Under the pieces are notes generated by a model that saw only the letters and a list, made by a program, of their open reading frames with translations, did not search any database and was not told where the DNA came from. Of a DNA stretch of 64,000 bases, positions 1 through 8,343 are shown in pieces (within the stretch, counting starts at the first letter, position 1; every line of letters starts with the position of its first letter). The stretch is taken from contig JBGUJG010000142.1 in NCBI GenBank assembly GCA_045113695.1, forward strand, positions 419-64,418. The letters are read 5' to 3'. This DNA comes from Christensenellales bacterium. Its GTDB lineage: Bacteria; Bacillota; Clostridia; Christensenellales; Aristaeellaceae. The translations under genes were made by a program, and so were the position numbers.

Positions 1-676
1 GGGCGGCTTCGCCCTCGCGGAGGGGGCGCATCACGCTGTCGGCCACCCGGACCGCGCCGGCGGCTTCCCGGATCATCTCCGGGGTCACGGCGCCGGGGCG
101 GAGCACGGTGGGGATGTCCCCGGTCAGGTCCAGCACGGTGGACTCAACGCCCACCTCGCACGGTCCGCCGTCCAGGATCAGCGGGATCCGGCCGTTCATG
201 TCTTCCAGGACGTGGGCGGCGGTGGTCGGGCTGGGCCGGGTGGACAGGTTGGCGCTGGGCGCGGCGATGGGCAGGGCGCAGACGCGCAGCATTTCCCTTG
301 CGGCGGGATGGCTGGGCATCCGGACGCCGACGGAGGGCAGGCCGGCCGTCACCACGTCCGGCACGGCGGCCTTTTTGGGCAGCAGCAGGGTCAGCGGGCC
401 GGGCCAGCAGGCGGCCATCAGGCACCGGGCGGCGTCCGTTACTTCGCACAGGGGTTCCAGCTGATCTTCATGCCAGATGTGGACGATCAGCGGGTTGTCG
501 GCCGGGCGTCCTTTCGCCTGAAAAATCCGGAGCACGGCGTCCGGGTTCAGGGCGTTTGCGCCCAGGCCGTACACCGTTTCCGTGGGAAAGGCCACCAGCT
601 CTCCGTTTTCGAAGAGTCTGGCGGCCAGCTGAAGGGCTTCCCCGTCCGGGGCAAGCACCCTGGTATCATAATGCAT
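1..676 (-). CDS. tsaC: L-threonylcarbamoyladenylate synthase (TsaC/Sua5/YwlC family), C-terminal part cut by window edge
   Basis: Own minus-strand translation from the ATG at 676: MHYDTRVLAPDGEALQLAARLFENGELVAFPTETVYGLGANALNPDAVLRIFQAKGRPADNPLIVHI...IAAPSANLSTRPSPT. These are family-typical motifs, and prmC-prfA-sua5 is classic synteny. It is missing from the ORF track because it runs off the edge. Confidence 0.85.
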   Translation of the reverse strand, partial: MHYDTRVLAPDGEALQLAARLFENGELVAFPTETVYGLGANALNPDAVLRIFQAKGRPADNPLIVHIWHEDQLEPLCEVTDAARCLMAACWPGPLTLLLPKKAAVPDVVTAGLPSVGVRMPSHPAAREMLRVCALPIAAPSANLSTRPSPTTAAHVLEDMNGRIPLILDGGPCEVGVESTVLDLTGDIPTVLRPGAVTPEMIREAAGAVRVADSVMRPLREGEAA

Positions 677-685
677 GTGATGTCC

Positions 686-1750
686 TCAGATTTTCAGTTC
701 TTTGAGCGCTTCCGTCTGTTCCTGCGCGGTCAGGGCGTCGATGATCTCGTCCAGATCGCCGTCCAGAACGGCGTCCAGCTTGTACAGGGTCAGGCCGATC
801 CGGTGGTCGGTGACCCGGCTTTCATGGAAATTGTAGGTGCGGATGCGTTCGTTCCGTTCGCCGGACCCTACCTGGCTGCGCCGCTTTTCGGCGTAGGCTG
901 CGTCCTTTTCGCTGCGGTAGCGCTCGTAGAGGCGGGACTTGAGCACCTTCATGGCCTTTTCCTTGTTCTTGGTCTGGCTCTTTTCATCCTGGCAGGTGAC
1001 CACCAGGCCGGTCGGCAGGTGGGTGATGCGGACGGCGGAGTCCGTCCGGTTGATATACTGGCCGCCGTGGCCGGAGGCGCGGTAGGTGTCGATCCGGATT
1101 TCCTCCGGCTGGACGCTGACCTCGACGTCCTCCACCTCGGGCAGGACGGCCACGGTCGCCGTGCTGGTGTGGATGCGGCCGGCGGTTTCCGTCACCGGGA
1201 CGCGCTGGATACGGTGCACGCCGGATTCAAATTTCATCCGGGCGAACGCGCCGAGCCCTACCAGGGAAAAGACGGCTTCCTTGACGCCGCCCAGCTCGGT
1301 GCGGGCAGTGCTGATGTCTTCGGTTTTAAAGCCGTGGCGCTCGGCGTAGCGGACATACATCCGGGTGAGCAGGCCGGCGAACAGGGCGGCTTCCTCCCCG
1401 CCGGCGCCGGGGCGGATCTCGATGATGACGCTTCGGTCGTCGTCCTCGTCCCGGGGGATGAGGTACAGGCGCAGCTTTTCTTCCAGCGCCGCCTTCTGTC
1501 CGGACAGGACGGTCAGCTCCCGAAGGGCTTCTTCCCTGAGGTCCGGATCCTGCCGGAGCTCCTGAGCGCCTTCGATGTCTTCCAGCACCTTCCGGTAGGC
1601 TTCCCAGTCCCGGATCGCGGGTTCCAGCCGGCTCAGCTCCCGCAGGGTTTTCTGGTACAGCGGCTGGTTCAGAATGACCTCGTTCTGGTGGGAGGAAAGC
1701 AGCAGCTCCTCGTACCGGGCGCTCAGGGCTTCGAAATGCGTTTCAAACAT
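686..1750 (-). CDS. prfA: peptide chain release factor 1
   Basis: ORF 686..1828. The likely true start is the internal ATG at 1750 (MFETHFEALSARYEELL). GGQ motif present (YRASGHGGQYINRTDSAVRITHLPTG). Confidence 0.95.
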   Translation of the reverse strand: MFETHFEALSARYEELLLSSHQNEVILNQPLYQKTLRELSRLEPAIRDWEAYRKVLEDIEGAQELRQDPDLREEALRELTVLSGQKAALEEKLRLYLIPRDEDDDRSVIIEIRPGAGGEEAALFAGLLTRMYVRYAERHGFKTEDISTARTELGGVKEAVFSLVGLGAFARMKFESGVHRIQRVPVTETAGRIHTSTATVAVLPEVEDVEVSVQPEEIRIDTYRASGHGGQYINRTDSAVRITHLPTGLVVTCQDEKSQTKNKEKAMKVLKSRLYERYRSEKDAAYAEKRRSQVGSGERNERIRTYNFHESRVTDHRIGLTLYKLDAVLDGDLDEIIDALTAQEQTEALKELKI

Positions 1751-2591
1751 AGGCGCTCCCTCCGTGCGTCCGGGCGATGACGACCCGGTCCCTGCCGGCG
1801 GTATCGCGGACGACCTGCGGGGCGGCAAAGCCCGCTTCCCGGAGCAGCCCGCAGACAGCCTGCCCCTGATCGCACCCGATTTCGAGCAGCAGGACGCCGT
1901 CTTGCGTCAGATGGTCCGGGGCTTCCCGGGCGATCCGGCGGTAAAAGGAAAGGCCGTCTTCTCCCCCGTCCAGGGCCAGGGCTGGCTCCCGGCGGACCTC
2001 CTCCTGCAGGGCAGGCAGGTCGCCGGTCGGGATATAGGGCGGGTTTGAGACGATCATCGAAAAGCGTTCGCCCTCAAAGGGGGCAAAGAGATCGCCCGCC
2101 CGGAAATCGACGGATACGCCGTTGAACGCCGCGTTCTGCCGGGCCAGCGTCAGGGCGTCTTCGCTTATGTCGGACGCGGAAACGGAAAGGGCCGGCATGG
2201 CTTTTTTGATCACGACGGCCAGGGCCCCGGAGCCGGTGCACAGGTCCAGGGCGGCGCCGGTTTCCGGCGCGTTCAGGAGGGCCTGTTCGCACAGGGTTTC
2301 CGTATCCTGCCGGGGGATCAGCACCCGCTCGTCCACATAAAAAGAACAGCCCATGAAGGGCTGGGTGCCCAGGATGTACTGGAGAGGCTCCCGGCCCTGC
2401 CGGCGGGCGACGAGGGTGAAATACTGTTCCGCCCTTGCGTCGGTCAGCGGGGTTTCCCCGCTGGCAACGACCAGCAGCCGGGGCGCGTCCAGCACCCCGG
2501 CCAGCAGGTATTCGGCGTCCAGCCGGGCGTCGGGCACGCCGGCGTCCAGCAGCATTTTTTCAGCGCAGCGAAGCGCTTCCAGGATCGTCAT
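1743..2591 (-). CDS. prmC: release factor glutamine N5-methyltransferase
   Basis: ORF 1743..2720. Start taken at MTILEALRCAEK (ATG 2591). SAM-binding site DLCTGSGALA and NPPY motif (VSNPPYIP). Overlaps the prfA start by 8 nt. Confidence 0.9.
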   Translation of the reverse strand: MTILEALRCAEKMLLDAGVPDARLDAEYLLAGVLDAPRLLVVASGETPLTDARAEQYFTLVARRQGREPLQYILGTQPFMGCSFYVDERVLIPRQDTETLCEQALLNAPETGAALDLCTGSGALAVVIKKAMPALSVSASDISEDALTLARQNAAFNGVSVDFRAGDLFAPFEGERFSMIVSNPPYIPTGDLPALQEEVRREPALALDGGEDGLSFYRRIAREAPDHLTQDGVLLLEIGCDQGQAVCGLLREAGFAAPQVVRDTAGRDRVVIARTHGGSAYV

Positions 2592-3700
2592 GCGGTTGCT
2601 TTTTCTTCCGGCGCGCGGAACTGGTGCAGGACCACCCAGCCTTCGGGTGTTCTGTCCTCTTCCGGCACTTCGGGCAGGCCGTCCAGGGCGGCGTTCATAG
2701 AGGTGATGGCGATTTCGCACATATCATCGGAAGGCTCGCGGGTGGTCAGGCGCTGCAGCTGCAGGCCGGGCCAGCGGAGGGTTCTGCAGACGGAGGTCTC
2801 GGAGTGGGCCAGGCCCTTTAAAACCTCGTAGCTGACGCCGGTGACCAGGGGCAGCAGCAGCAGGCGGCTGCCCACCTTGATCAGGTAGCTGGAAGAAAGG
2901 TTGAACCCGGTCAGGGCCAGGACGATGTAGTCGATCGTGGTATACAGAAGGATCGACAGGATGAACGTGATCAGCAGGAAGCTGGTCCCGCAGCGCGGGT
3001 GCAGGCGGGAGAACTTCTGCGCGTTTTCCGGGGTCAGCGGCAGGCCGTGCTCGTGGCAGTAGACGGTCTTGTGCTCGGACCCGTGGTACTGGAAGGTGCG
3101 CTTCATGTCCGGCACCTTGCCCACCGCCCAGATATAGCCGATCAGCAGCAGGGTGCGGATCAGGCCGGACAGGAGGTTGACCGCCAGAGGCGACCAGCCC
3201 GCTTCCGTCAGCAGCCGGGTGGGGATGTTGGGCAGAAGGACGAACAGGCCGACGGACATGACGACCGCCAGCACCATCGCCACGCCCATGACGATCTTGT
3301 CGATGCCCTTGCCCAGCTTTTTGGAAAGCCACAACTCGAACTTCGTCGGCTCCTCGTCCGCCGTGCCGAGCATGCGGCCGCTCTCTTCCAGCGTCTTCAT
3401 GCCCTGGCCCAGCATGGTGAAAAAGCTCACCGCGCCGCGGATGAAGGGTTTACCCATCCACGGATGCTTTTTGGAAAGGGGTTCATAAGGAGTCCGGGAC
3501 ACCACGATGTCCCCGTTCGGCCGGCGTACGGCGATGGCATACGCCTTCGGCCCTTTCATCATCACGCCCTCCAGGACGGCCTGGCCGCCGATGTCAACGG
3601 GCCTTTGACTGGTGCTGTTTTTTTCGTTTTCCACACGCATACTGGTTTTCTGCAGCAGAGGCATGGCCCCTGCTGCGCTTCCTCCTTTCAGGCGTGACAT
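2588..3700 (-). CDS. DUF1385 (YqhQ-like) membrane protein
   Basis: ORF 2588..3733. The N-terminal GGQAVLEGVMMKG motif and multi-TM body resemble the DUF1385 proteins usually found beside prmC/prfA in Firmicutes. The start is ambiguous (ATG at 3700, 3664 or 3640). Confidence 0.75.
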   Translation of the reverse strand: MSRLKGGSAAGAMPLLQKTSMRVENEKNSTSQRPVDIGGQAVLEGVMMKGPKAYAIAVRRPNGDIVVSRTPYEPLSKKHPWMGKPFIRGAVSFFTMLGQGMKTLEESGRMLGTADEEPTKFELWLSKKLGKGIDKIVMGVAMVLAVVMSVGLFVLLPNIPTRLLTEAGWSPLAVNLLSGLIRTLLLIGYIWAVGKVPDMKRTFQYHGSEHKTVYCHEHGLPLTPENAQKFSRLHPRCGTSFLLITFILSILLYTTIDYIVLALTGFNLSSSYLIKVGSRLLLLPLVTGVSYEVLKGLAHSETSVCRTLRWPGLQLQRLTTREPSDDMCEIAITSMNAALDGLPEVPEEDRTPEGWVVLHQFRAPEEKATA

Positions 3701-3790
3701 AAAGAAGCCTTTATGCAGCCATGATGTTGACACAATGCTTTAAAACGTAAAAAGAAGCCAGACCTGTGCAAGCCGGCTTCTTTTTGTCGG

Positions 3791-3988
3791 TCAGATACCG
3801 AAACGCTTCTTGAAGCGATCGACACGGCCGCCGCTGTCCACCAGCTTTTGCTTGCCGGTGTAGAACGGGTGACACTGGGAGCAGATTTCGACACGCAGCT
3901 CCGGTTTGGTGGAACCCGTCTCGAACGTCGCGCCGCAGACGCAGCGGACGATGCATTTGTTGTACTTGGGATGGATCTTTTCTTTCAT
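3791..3988 (-). CDS. rpmE: 50S ribosomal protein L31
   Basis: 65 aa: [48 protein letters not shown]. CxC...CxxC zinc-type L31. Confidence 0.95.
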   Translation of the reverse strand: MKEKIHPKYNKCIVRCVCGATFETGSTKPELRVEICSQCHPFYTGKQKLVDSGGRVDRFKKRFGI

Positions 3989-4060
3989 GCCATTTTCACC
4001 TCTTTCGCGAGCAAGGCTTTCGCGGATTCATAAACTGGCGCTCTATGAGCCGCGGAAAGG

Positions 4061-4089
4061 ATTATAACATGGAATCCGCGGTTTGGCAA
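4061..4089 (-). promoter_or_regulatory. sigma-A type promoter for rpmE (TTGCCA-17-TGtTATAAT)
   Basis: The minus strand reads ttgccaaaccgcggattccatgttataat, about 70 nt upstream of the rpmE ATG. It has an extended -10 TG. Confidence 0.6.
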
Positions 4090-4123
4090 GCAGAAAAATC
4101 GACCGTTTTAACGGCGTCAGCCT

Positions 4124-4702
4124 TCATTTCTTCCGGTTCAGCAGGAAACTGGCTGCAGTGCCGACCGCCCCGCCGATCAGGTGGGTGGACTGGGAGACGC
4201 TGTCGCGGGTGAAGAGCCCCTGAACCGCCTGCTGGCCCAGGTAAAAAACGGCGGCCAGGATGAAGGTGAGGGGAACGGTGTGATCCTCCCGGACGGTGAC
4301 GGAGGACATCAGGATGAAGGCAAACACCACCCCGCTGGCCCCGAGCAGCATCACCCTTGGGAAAAACAGCTGGCTGAAAACGCCGGTCGTCAGGGCGGTG
4401 ACGGCGATCACCAGGATCATGTTTTTCGTCCCGTATTTTTCTTCCAGCATCGGGCCCAGCAGCAGGATGTAGGTCATGTTGCCCGTCAGGTGGCCCCAGT
4501 CCGCGTGGCCGAAGACGTGGCAGAAACTGCGGATATACGTCAGCGGATCGCCCAGAGAAGAGCGGTACACGCTGAACACGAGGCGGTTGCCGGCCCCGCC
4601 GGTCAGCGCGTTCAGCAGCTGGGCGGCCAGGCACAGCCCCACAAAGGCCAGCGTGACGGGGGCGTTCAGAGAAATGCGGAGTCTGCTGCCGGGACGGTAC
4701 AT
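4124..4702 (-). CDS. rhomboid family intramembrane serine protease
   Basis: GASGVVFA (catalytic Ser) and HLIGGAVG (catalytic His) motifs in a 6-TM body. The ATG at 4702 lies 7 nt after AAAGGAG; the ORF-track start at 4708 is a TTG. Confidence 0.85.
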   Translation of the reverse strand: MYRPGSRLRISLNAPVTLAFVGLCLAAQLLNALTGGAGNRLVFSVYRSSLGDPLTYIRSFCHVFGHADWGHLTGNMTYILLLGPMLEEKYGTKNMILVIAVTALTTGVFSQLFFPRVMLLGASGVVFAFILMSSVTVREDHTVPLTFILAAVFYLGQQAVQGLFTRDSVSQSTHLIGGAVGTAASFLLNRKK

Positions 4703-4721
4703 GATCAATCTCCTTTACTTA

Positions 4722-5720
4722 TCAAAGGAAAAACTGGAACGCGCAGAAGCCGGTGTAGATGGCCAGCAGCGTGACGCCCTGCCAGCGGGCGAGCTTCCCC
4801 TTGATGAGGGCGGGGACAGTCAGCAGTCCCATGACCAGGAACATCACGGGAATATCGACGGCCAGGGAGGCGTTGTACCCGGCGATGGTCTTGCCGGCGG
4901 GCAGGGCGAAGGGGCTCAGGAAAGTGGCCAGCCCGCTGACCAGCACGAGATTGAACAGGTTCGCGCCGATCACGTTGCCCAGGGACAGGGCGCTGTGGCC
5001 GTGGATCAGGGCGGTGATGGCGGTCACCAGCTCCGGCAGGGAGGTGCCCAGGGCCACGAAGGTCAGGGCGATGACGGTTTCGGGCACGCCCAGGGCCTTG
5101 GCGATCAGGGTGCCGTTGTCCACCAGCAGGTTGGCGCCCCAGGCGATCAGTGCAGCGCCCACCACCAGCAGCACAATGGCTTTGGACAGAGGCATTTCTT
5201 TTTCCGCGCCTTCGCCCGCTGCCGGCTGATCCCGGGCGGGTTCGCTTTCTTTCAGGGACTGTTCCGGGGATTTCAGGGCTTTTCTCACTGTGAGCACCAT
5301 GTAGACGACGAAGATCGCCAGCAGGGCAGCACCGATGAGCCGGGAAAAATAACCGGTCAGGTAAGCGACGCCGGCATAAAGGACGGCGGCGCCGAAAAAG
5401 AACAGCACGGGGATGCGCAGGCTGTCCTTTTCCACCTTGCCGGGACGCACGGCGGCGGTCAGGGCCGCAATGAGGGCGGTGTTGCAGATAACGGAGCCGA
5501 TCGCGTTGCCGTAGGCGATCTCGCCGTGGCCGCTCAGGGCGGAGGTGGCGGACACCATGACCTCGGGCAGAGTGGTGCCGATCGAAACCACCGTCGCGCC
5601 GATCAGGATTTCCGGCACATGAAAGCGCTGGGCGATGCCGACCGCTCCGTCCACAAACCAGTCGCCGCCCTTGATCAGCAGCACAAGGCCCAGGATAAAC
5701 CAGAGAACAGGAACCAGCAT
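4722..5720 (-). CDS. CaCA-family cation antiporter (YrbG / Na+:Ca2+ exchanger-like)
   Basis: Two alpha-repeat signatures (GNAIGSVICNTALI and GNVIGANLFNLVLV). Start taken at MLVPVLWFILGLVLLIKGGDWF (ATG 5720). Confidence 0.85.
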   Translation of the reverse strand: MLVPVLWFILGLVLLIKGGDWFVDGAVGIAQRFHVPEILIGATVVSIGTTLPEVMVSATSALSGHGEIAYGNAIGSVICNTALIAALTAAVRPGKVEKDSLRIPVLFFFGAAVLYAGVAYLTGYFSRLIGAALLAIFVVYMVLTVRKALKSPEQSLKESEPARDQPAAGEGAEKEMPLSKAIVLLVVGAALIAWGANLLVDNGTLIAKALGVPETVIALTFVALGTSLPELVTAITALIHGHSALSLGNVIGANLFNLVLVSGLATFLSPFALPAGKTIAGYNASLAVDIPVMFLVMGLLTVPALIKGKLARWQGVTLLAIYTGFCAFQFFL

Positions 5721-5757
5721 GAAAAGATTTCCCCTTTCTTGATGGCGATGGAGACAT

Positions 5758-5880
5758 AAAAAACAGACTCCGCCGCCTGTCTGCGGCAAAGTCTCGTCTG
5801 TTCCTTGCAGGCCGGGTGAAACCCACCGTGATGACGACGCTGCAAACGCGGTCAGCCCGCGCCGACTACTCCCTTTGACG
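5758..5880 (-). promoter_or_regulatory. probable yybP-ykoY (Mn2+) riboswitch with overlapping intrinsic terminator
   Basis: The minus-strand RNA reads caaaGGGAGUAGucgg...cgagaCUUUGccgcagacaggcggcggagucuGUUUUUU. It has the L1-like GGGAGUAG motif and a CAAAG/CUUUG P1. The left arm of a 12-bp terminator stem (AGACUUUGCCGC/GCGGCGGAGUCU) shares the 3' strand of P1. A U-run follows, then the CaCA gene. Confidence 0.55.
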
Positions 5881-5885
5881 CTGTG

Positions 5886-5914
5886 ATCATAACAAAAAGC
5901 GGGCGCGCTGTCAA
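5886..5914 (-). promoter_or_regulatory. sigma-A promoter (TTGACA-17-TGtTATGAT) driving the riboswitch leader
   Basis: The minus strand reads ttgacagcgcgcccgctttttgttatgat, immediately after the mntP stop. Confidence 0.6.
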
Positions 5915-5918
5915 GCGG

Positions 5919-6485
5919 TCAGAACATCAGAATTTTGATCCCGATGGCCACCAGGATGCATCCGCCCAGCAGGGACGCGCCGGAGGACAGCCGGGTGCCG
6001 AACACACGGCCGATGCGCAGCCCGCCGATGCAGATGCAGAAGGTGACGGCGGCGATGATCAGGGATGCGGCAAATGCTTCGCCCGTCCCGTAATGTGCGA
6101 TGGTAAAGCCGACGGTCAGGGCGTCGATGGAGGTCGCCACGCCCTGGATCATCAGGTCTTTGAGGGAGACGGCGGGCGGGACTTCCTCCGTCTTTTTCCG
6201 GAGGCCCTCCAGGATCATCTTTCCGCCGATCCAGCACAGCAGGGCAAACCCGATCCAGGGAATACAGGGCTGGACGGCGGCAAAATGTTCCTCAGCGGTG
6301 TGAACAAAAAACCAGCCTATGACCGGCATGATGAACTGAAAGCCCGCGTACGTGCCGGCGATCCCCGTCATGCGCGGCACGGACATTTCCGGTTCCCTCA
6401 GGCCGTTGGCCAGGGAGACAGAAAAGGCGTCCATTGCCAGGCCGACGCCCAGCAGAACACTCTGCAGGATAAAAGACAGGTCCAA
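5919..6485 (-). CDS. mntP: manganese efflux pump MntP
   Basis: LGVGLAMDAFSVSLANG and GVATSIDALTVGF duplicated motifs. There is no in-frame ATG near the conserved N-terminus, so I take TTG at 6485 (LDLSFILQS...), 6 nt after GGGGGAA. Confidence 0.8.
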   Translation of the reverse strand: MDLSFILQSVLLGVGLAMDAFSVSLANGLREPEMSVPRMTGIAGTYAGFQFIMPVIGWFFVHTAEEHFAAVQPCIPWIGFALLCWIGGKMILEGLRKKTEEVPPAVSLKDLMIQGVATSIDALTVGFTIAHYGTGEAFAASLIIAAVTFCICIGGLRIGRVFGTRLSSGASLLGGCILVAIGIKILMF

Positions 6486-6593
6486 AGGAGGTTCCCCCGA
6501 TCCGGCCGCCAGACATCGTTGAACGGCCCTGCTTATGATAACACAGAATATGAAGAAAGCAAATTGTAATTGTATGGGGATGCTGCAGAATCT

Positions 6594-6620
6594 CCCTGTC
6601 GCGGGCTGTGCAACAGCCCC
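6594..6620. repeat. 27-nt palindrome-containing element, copy A (ccctgtcgCgggctgtgcaacagcccc)
   Basis: 26/27 nt identical to 23252..23278. Contains the hairpin GGGCTGT-gca-ACAGCCC. Lies in the divergent mntP/apbC intergenic region. Confidence 0.8.
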
Positions 6621-6689
6621 CTTGTTTTTTTCGGCAAAGGAGTGTATCATAGCGGTTGGAAAACCATCAACCCAAAGGAGTACACCATT

Positions 6690-7526
6690 ATGAGCGAAGA
6701 ACAATGCACCCATGACTGCAGTACCTGCAGCGCCAACTGTTCAAGCCGGGATCCCGCTTCCCTGCTGGAAGCGCCCCGTCCGGATACGCACATCAAAAAG
6801 GTCATCGCCGTGGTCAGCGGCAAGGGCGGCGTAGGCAAGTCCATAGTGACGGGCCTGCTGTCCGTGCTGACTCAGCGGGCAGGCTATAAAACCGCCGTGC
6901 TCGACGCCGACGTGACCGGGCCTTCCGTGCCCCGCATGTTCGGGCTTACCGAGCGCGCCCAGGGGACGGACACCACCATCTACCCGGTCGTGAGCAAAAC
7001 CGGCATCAAAACCATGAGCCTGAATCTTCTGCTGGAAGAGGACACTGCCCCGGTCGTCTGGCGCGGCCCGGTGATTGCCGGCGCGGTCAAGCAGTTCTGG
7101 ACGGATGTGGAGTGGGGCGATAACGACATCATGTTCATCGACATGCCTCCTGGAACCGGCGACGTGCCGCTGACGGTGTTCCAGTCCATCCCCGTGGACG
7201 GGATCGTCATCGTCAGCACCCCGCAGGAGCTTGTTTCCATGATCGTGGAAAAAGCGGTCAACATGGCCGGGATGATGAATATCCCGGTGCTGGGCCTGGT
7301 GGAAAACATGGCCTACGTGGAGTGCCCGGACTGCGGTAAAAAGATCCCCCTGTTCGGGGAAAGCCACGCGGAGGAGACGGCCGGAAAGCACGGGCTTAAG
7401 GTACTGGGCAGCCTTCCGGTCAACCCCAAGCTGGCCGCCGCCTGCGACGCCGGGCTGATCGAGCTGTTCGAGGGCACCTGGCTGGATGAGGCCGTGAAGG
7501 CCATCCTGCAGGGCCTGCCGGCATGA
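6690..7526 (+). CDS. Mrp/NBP35/ApbC family Fe-S cluster carrier ATPase
   Basis: AAAGGAG RBS, then ATG at 6690. Deviant Walker A VVSGKGGVGKS and a C-terminal CPDCG motif. N-terminal CX3CX2CX3C extension. Confidence 0.9.
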   Translation: MSEEQCTHDCSTCSANCSSRDPASLLEAPRPDTHIKKVIAVVSGKGGVGKSIVTGLLSVLTQRAGYKTAVLDADVTGPSVPRMFGLTERAQGTDTTIYPVVSKTGIKTMSLNLLLEEDTAPVVWRGPVIAGAVKQFWTDVEWGDNDIMFIDMPPGTGDVPLTVFQSIPVDGIVIVSTPQELVSMIVEKAVNMAGMMNIPVLGLVENMAYVECPDCGKKIPLFGESHAEETAGKHGLKVLGSLPVNPKLAAACDAGLIELFEGTWLDEAVKAILQGLPA

Positions 7527-8323
7527 GCCTGACCTTCTGTTCCCTCTACAGCGGTTCTTCCGGGAACGCGACTTACATCGCCAGCGGAAAGACCGGCATC
7601 CTGGTGGACGCCGGCCTTTCCGGGCGGCAGATCACCGACGCCCTGGCCCGGATCGGCGTCCTGCCCGAAACGCTGAGCGGCATCGTGATCACCCACGAGC
7701 ATTCGGACCACGTGAAGGGCGCCGGGATCCTGAGCCGGAAATACCACCTGCCGCTGTACGCCAACGAGCGCACCTGGGAAGCCATGGCCCGCCAGGTCGG
7801 CGCCGTTTCCCCGTCGGAGCGGCGCGTGTTTGAGACGGACAGCGATTTTTACATCGGGGACCTGGCGGTGCATGCCTTTTCCATCCCGCACGACGCGGCG
7901 GACCCGGTCGGTTTCCGGGTGTATGCCGGCGGCCGTTCGGTCGCGTGCGCGACGGACATGGGCTGCATCCGCAAAAGCGTTATGGCCGCCCTGGGCGGAA
8001 CCGACCTGGTGCTGCTGGAGAGCAACCACGACCCGGCCATGCTCCGGGAAAACCCGCACTATTCTGCAGCCCTCAAGCGCAGGATCCTGGGCGATCACGG
8101 CCACCTGAGCAACGAAGCCTGCTGCCGGGGGATCCTGACCCTGTATGAAAGCGGGGTCCGCCGGCTGGTGCTGGGCCATCTGAGCGCGGAAAACAACACC
8201 CCGCAGCTGGCGATGGATACGGCCCTGGAGGCCGTGGCCCGGGAGGGCCTGACCCCGGACGGGGATATCTGGCTGGACCTGGGCTGGCGGGACCGGCCGG
8301 GGAAACTGTATCAGATAGAGTGA
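7523..8323 (+). CDS. MBL-fold metallo-hydrolase
   Basis: HxHxDH motif (ITHEHSDHVKG). ATGA overlap with the upstream gene. Confidence 0.85.
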   Translation: MSLTFCSLYSGSSGNATYIASGKTGILVDAGLSGRQITDALARIGVLPETLSGIVITHEHSDHVKGAGILSRKYHLPLYANERTWEAMARQVGAVSPSERRVFETDSDFYIGDLAVHAFSIPHDAADPVGFRVYAGGRSVACATDMGCIRKSVMAALGGTDLVLLESNHDPAMLRENPHYSAALKRRILGDHGHLSNEACCRGILTLYESGVRRLVLGHLSAENNTPQLAMDTALEAVAREGLTPDGDIWLDLGWRDRPGKLYQIE

Positions 8324-8343
8324 TCAACGCAGGGAGTAAGTCT

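Noticed and set aside
6486-6689. Looked for a yybP-ykoY riboswitch in front of mntP, its most usual location.
   Set aside because: There is no GGAGUAG motif and no P1/terminator arrangement. I found only a plausible promoter (TTGCTT-16-TATCAT) and the 27-nt palindromic element.
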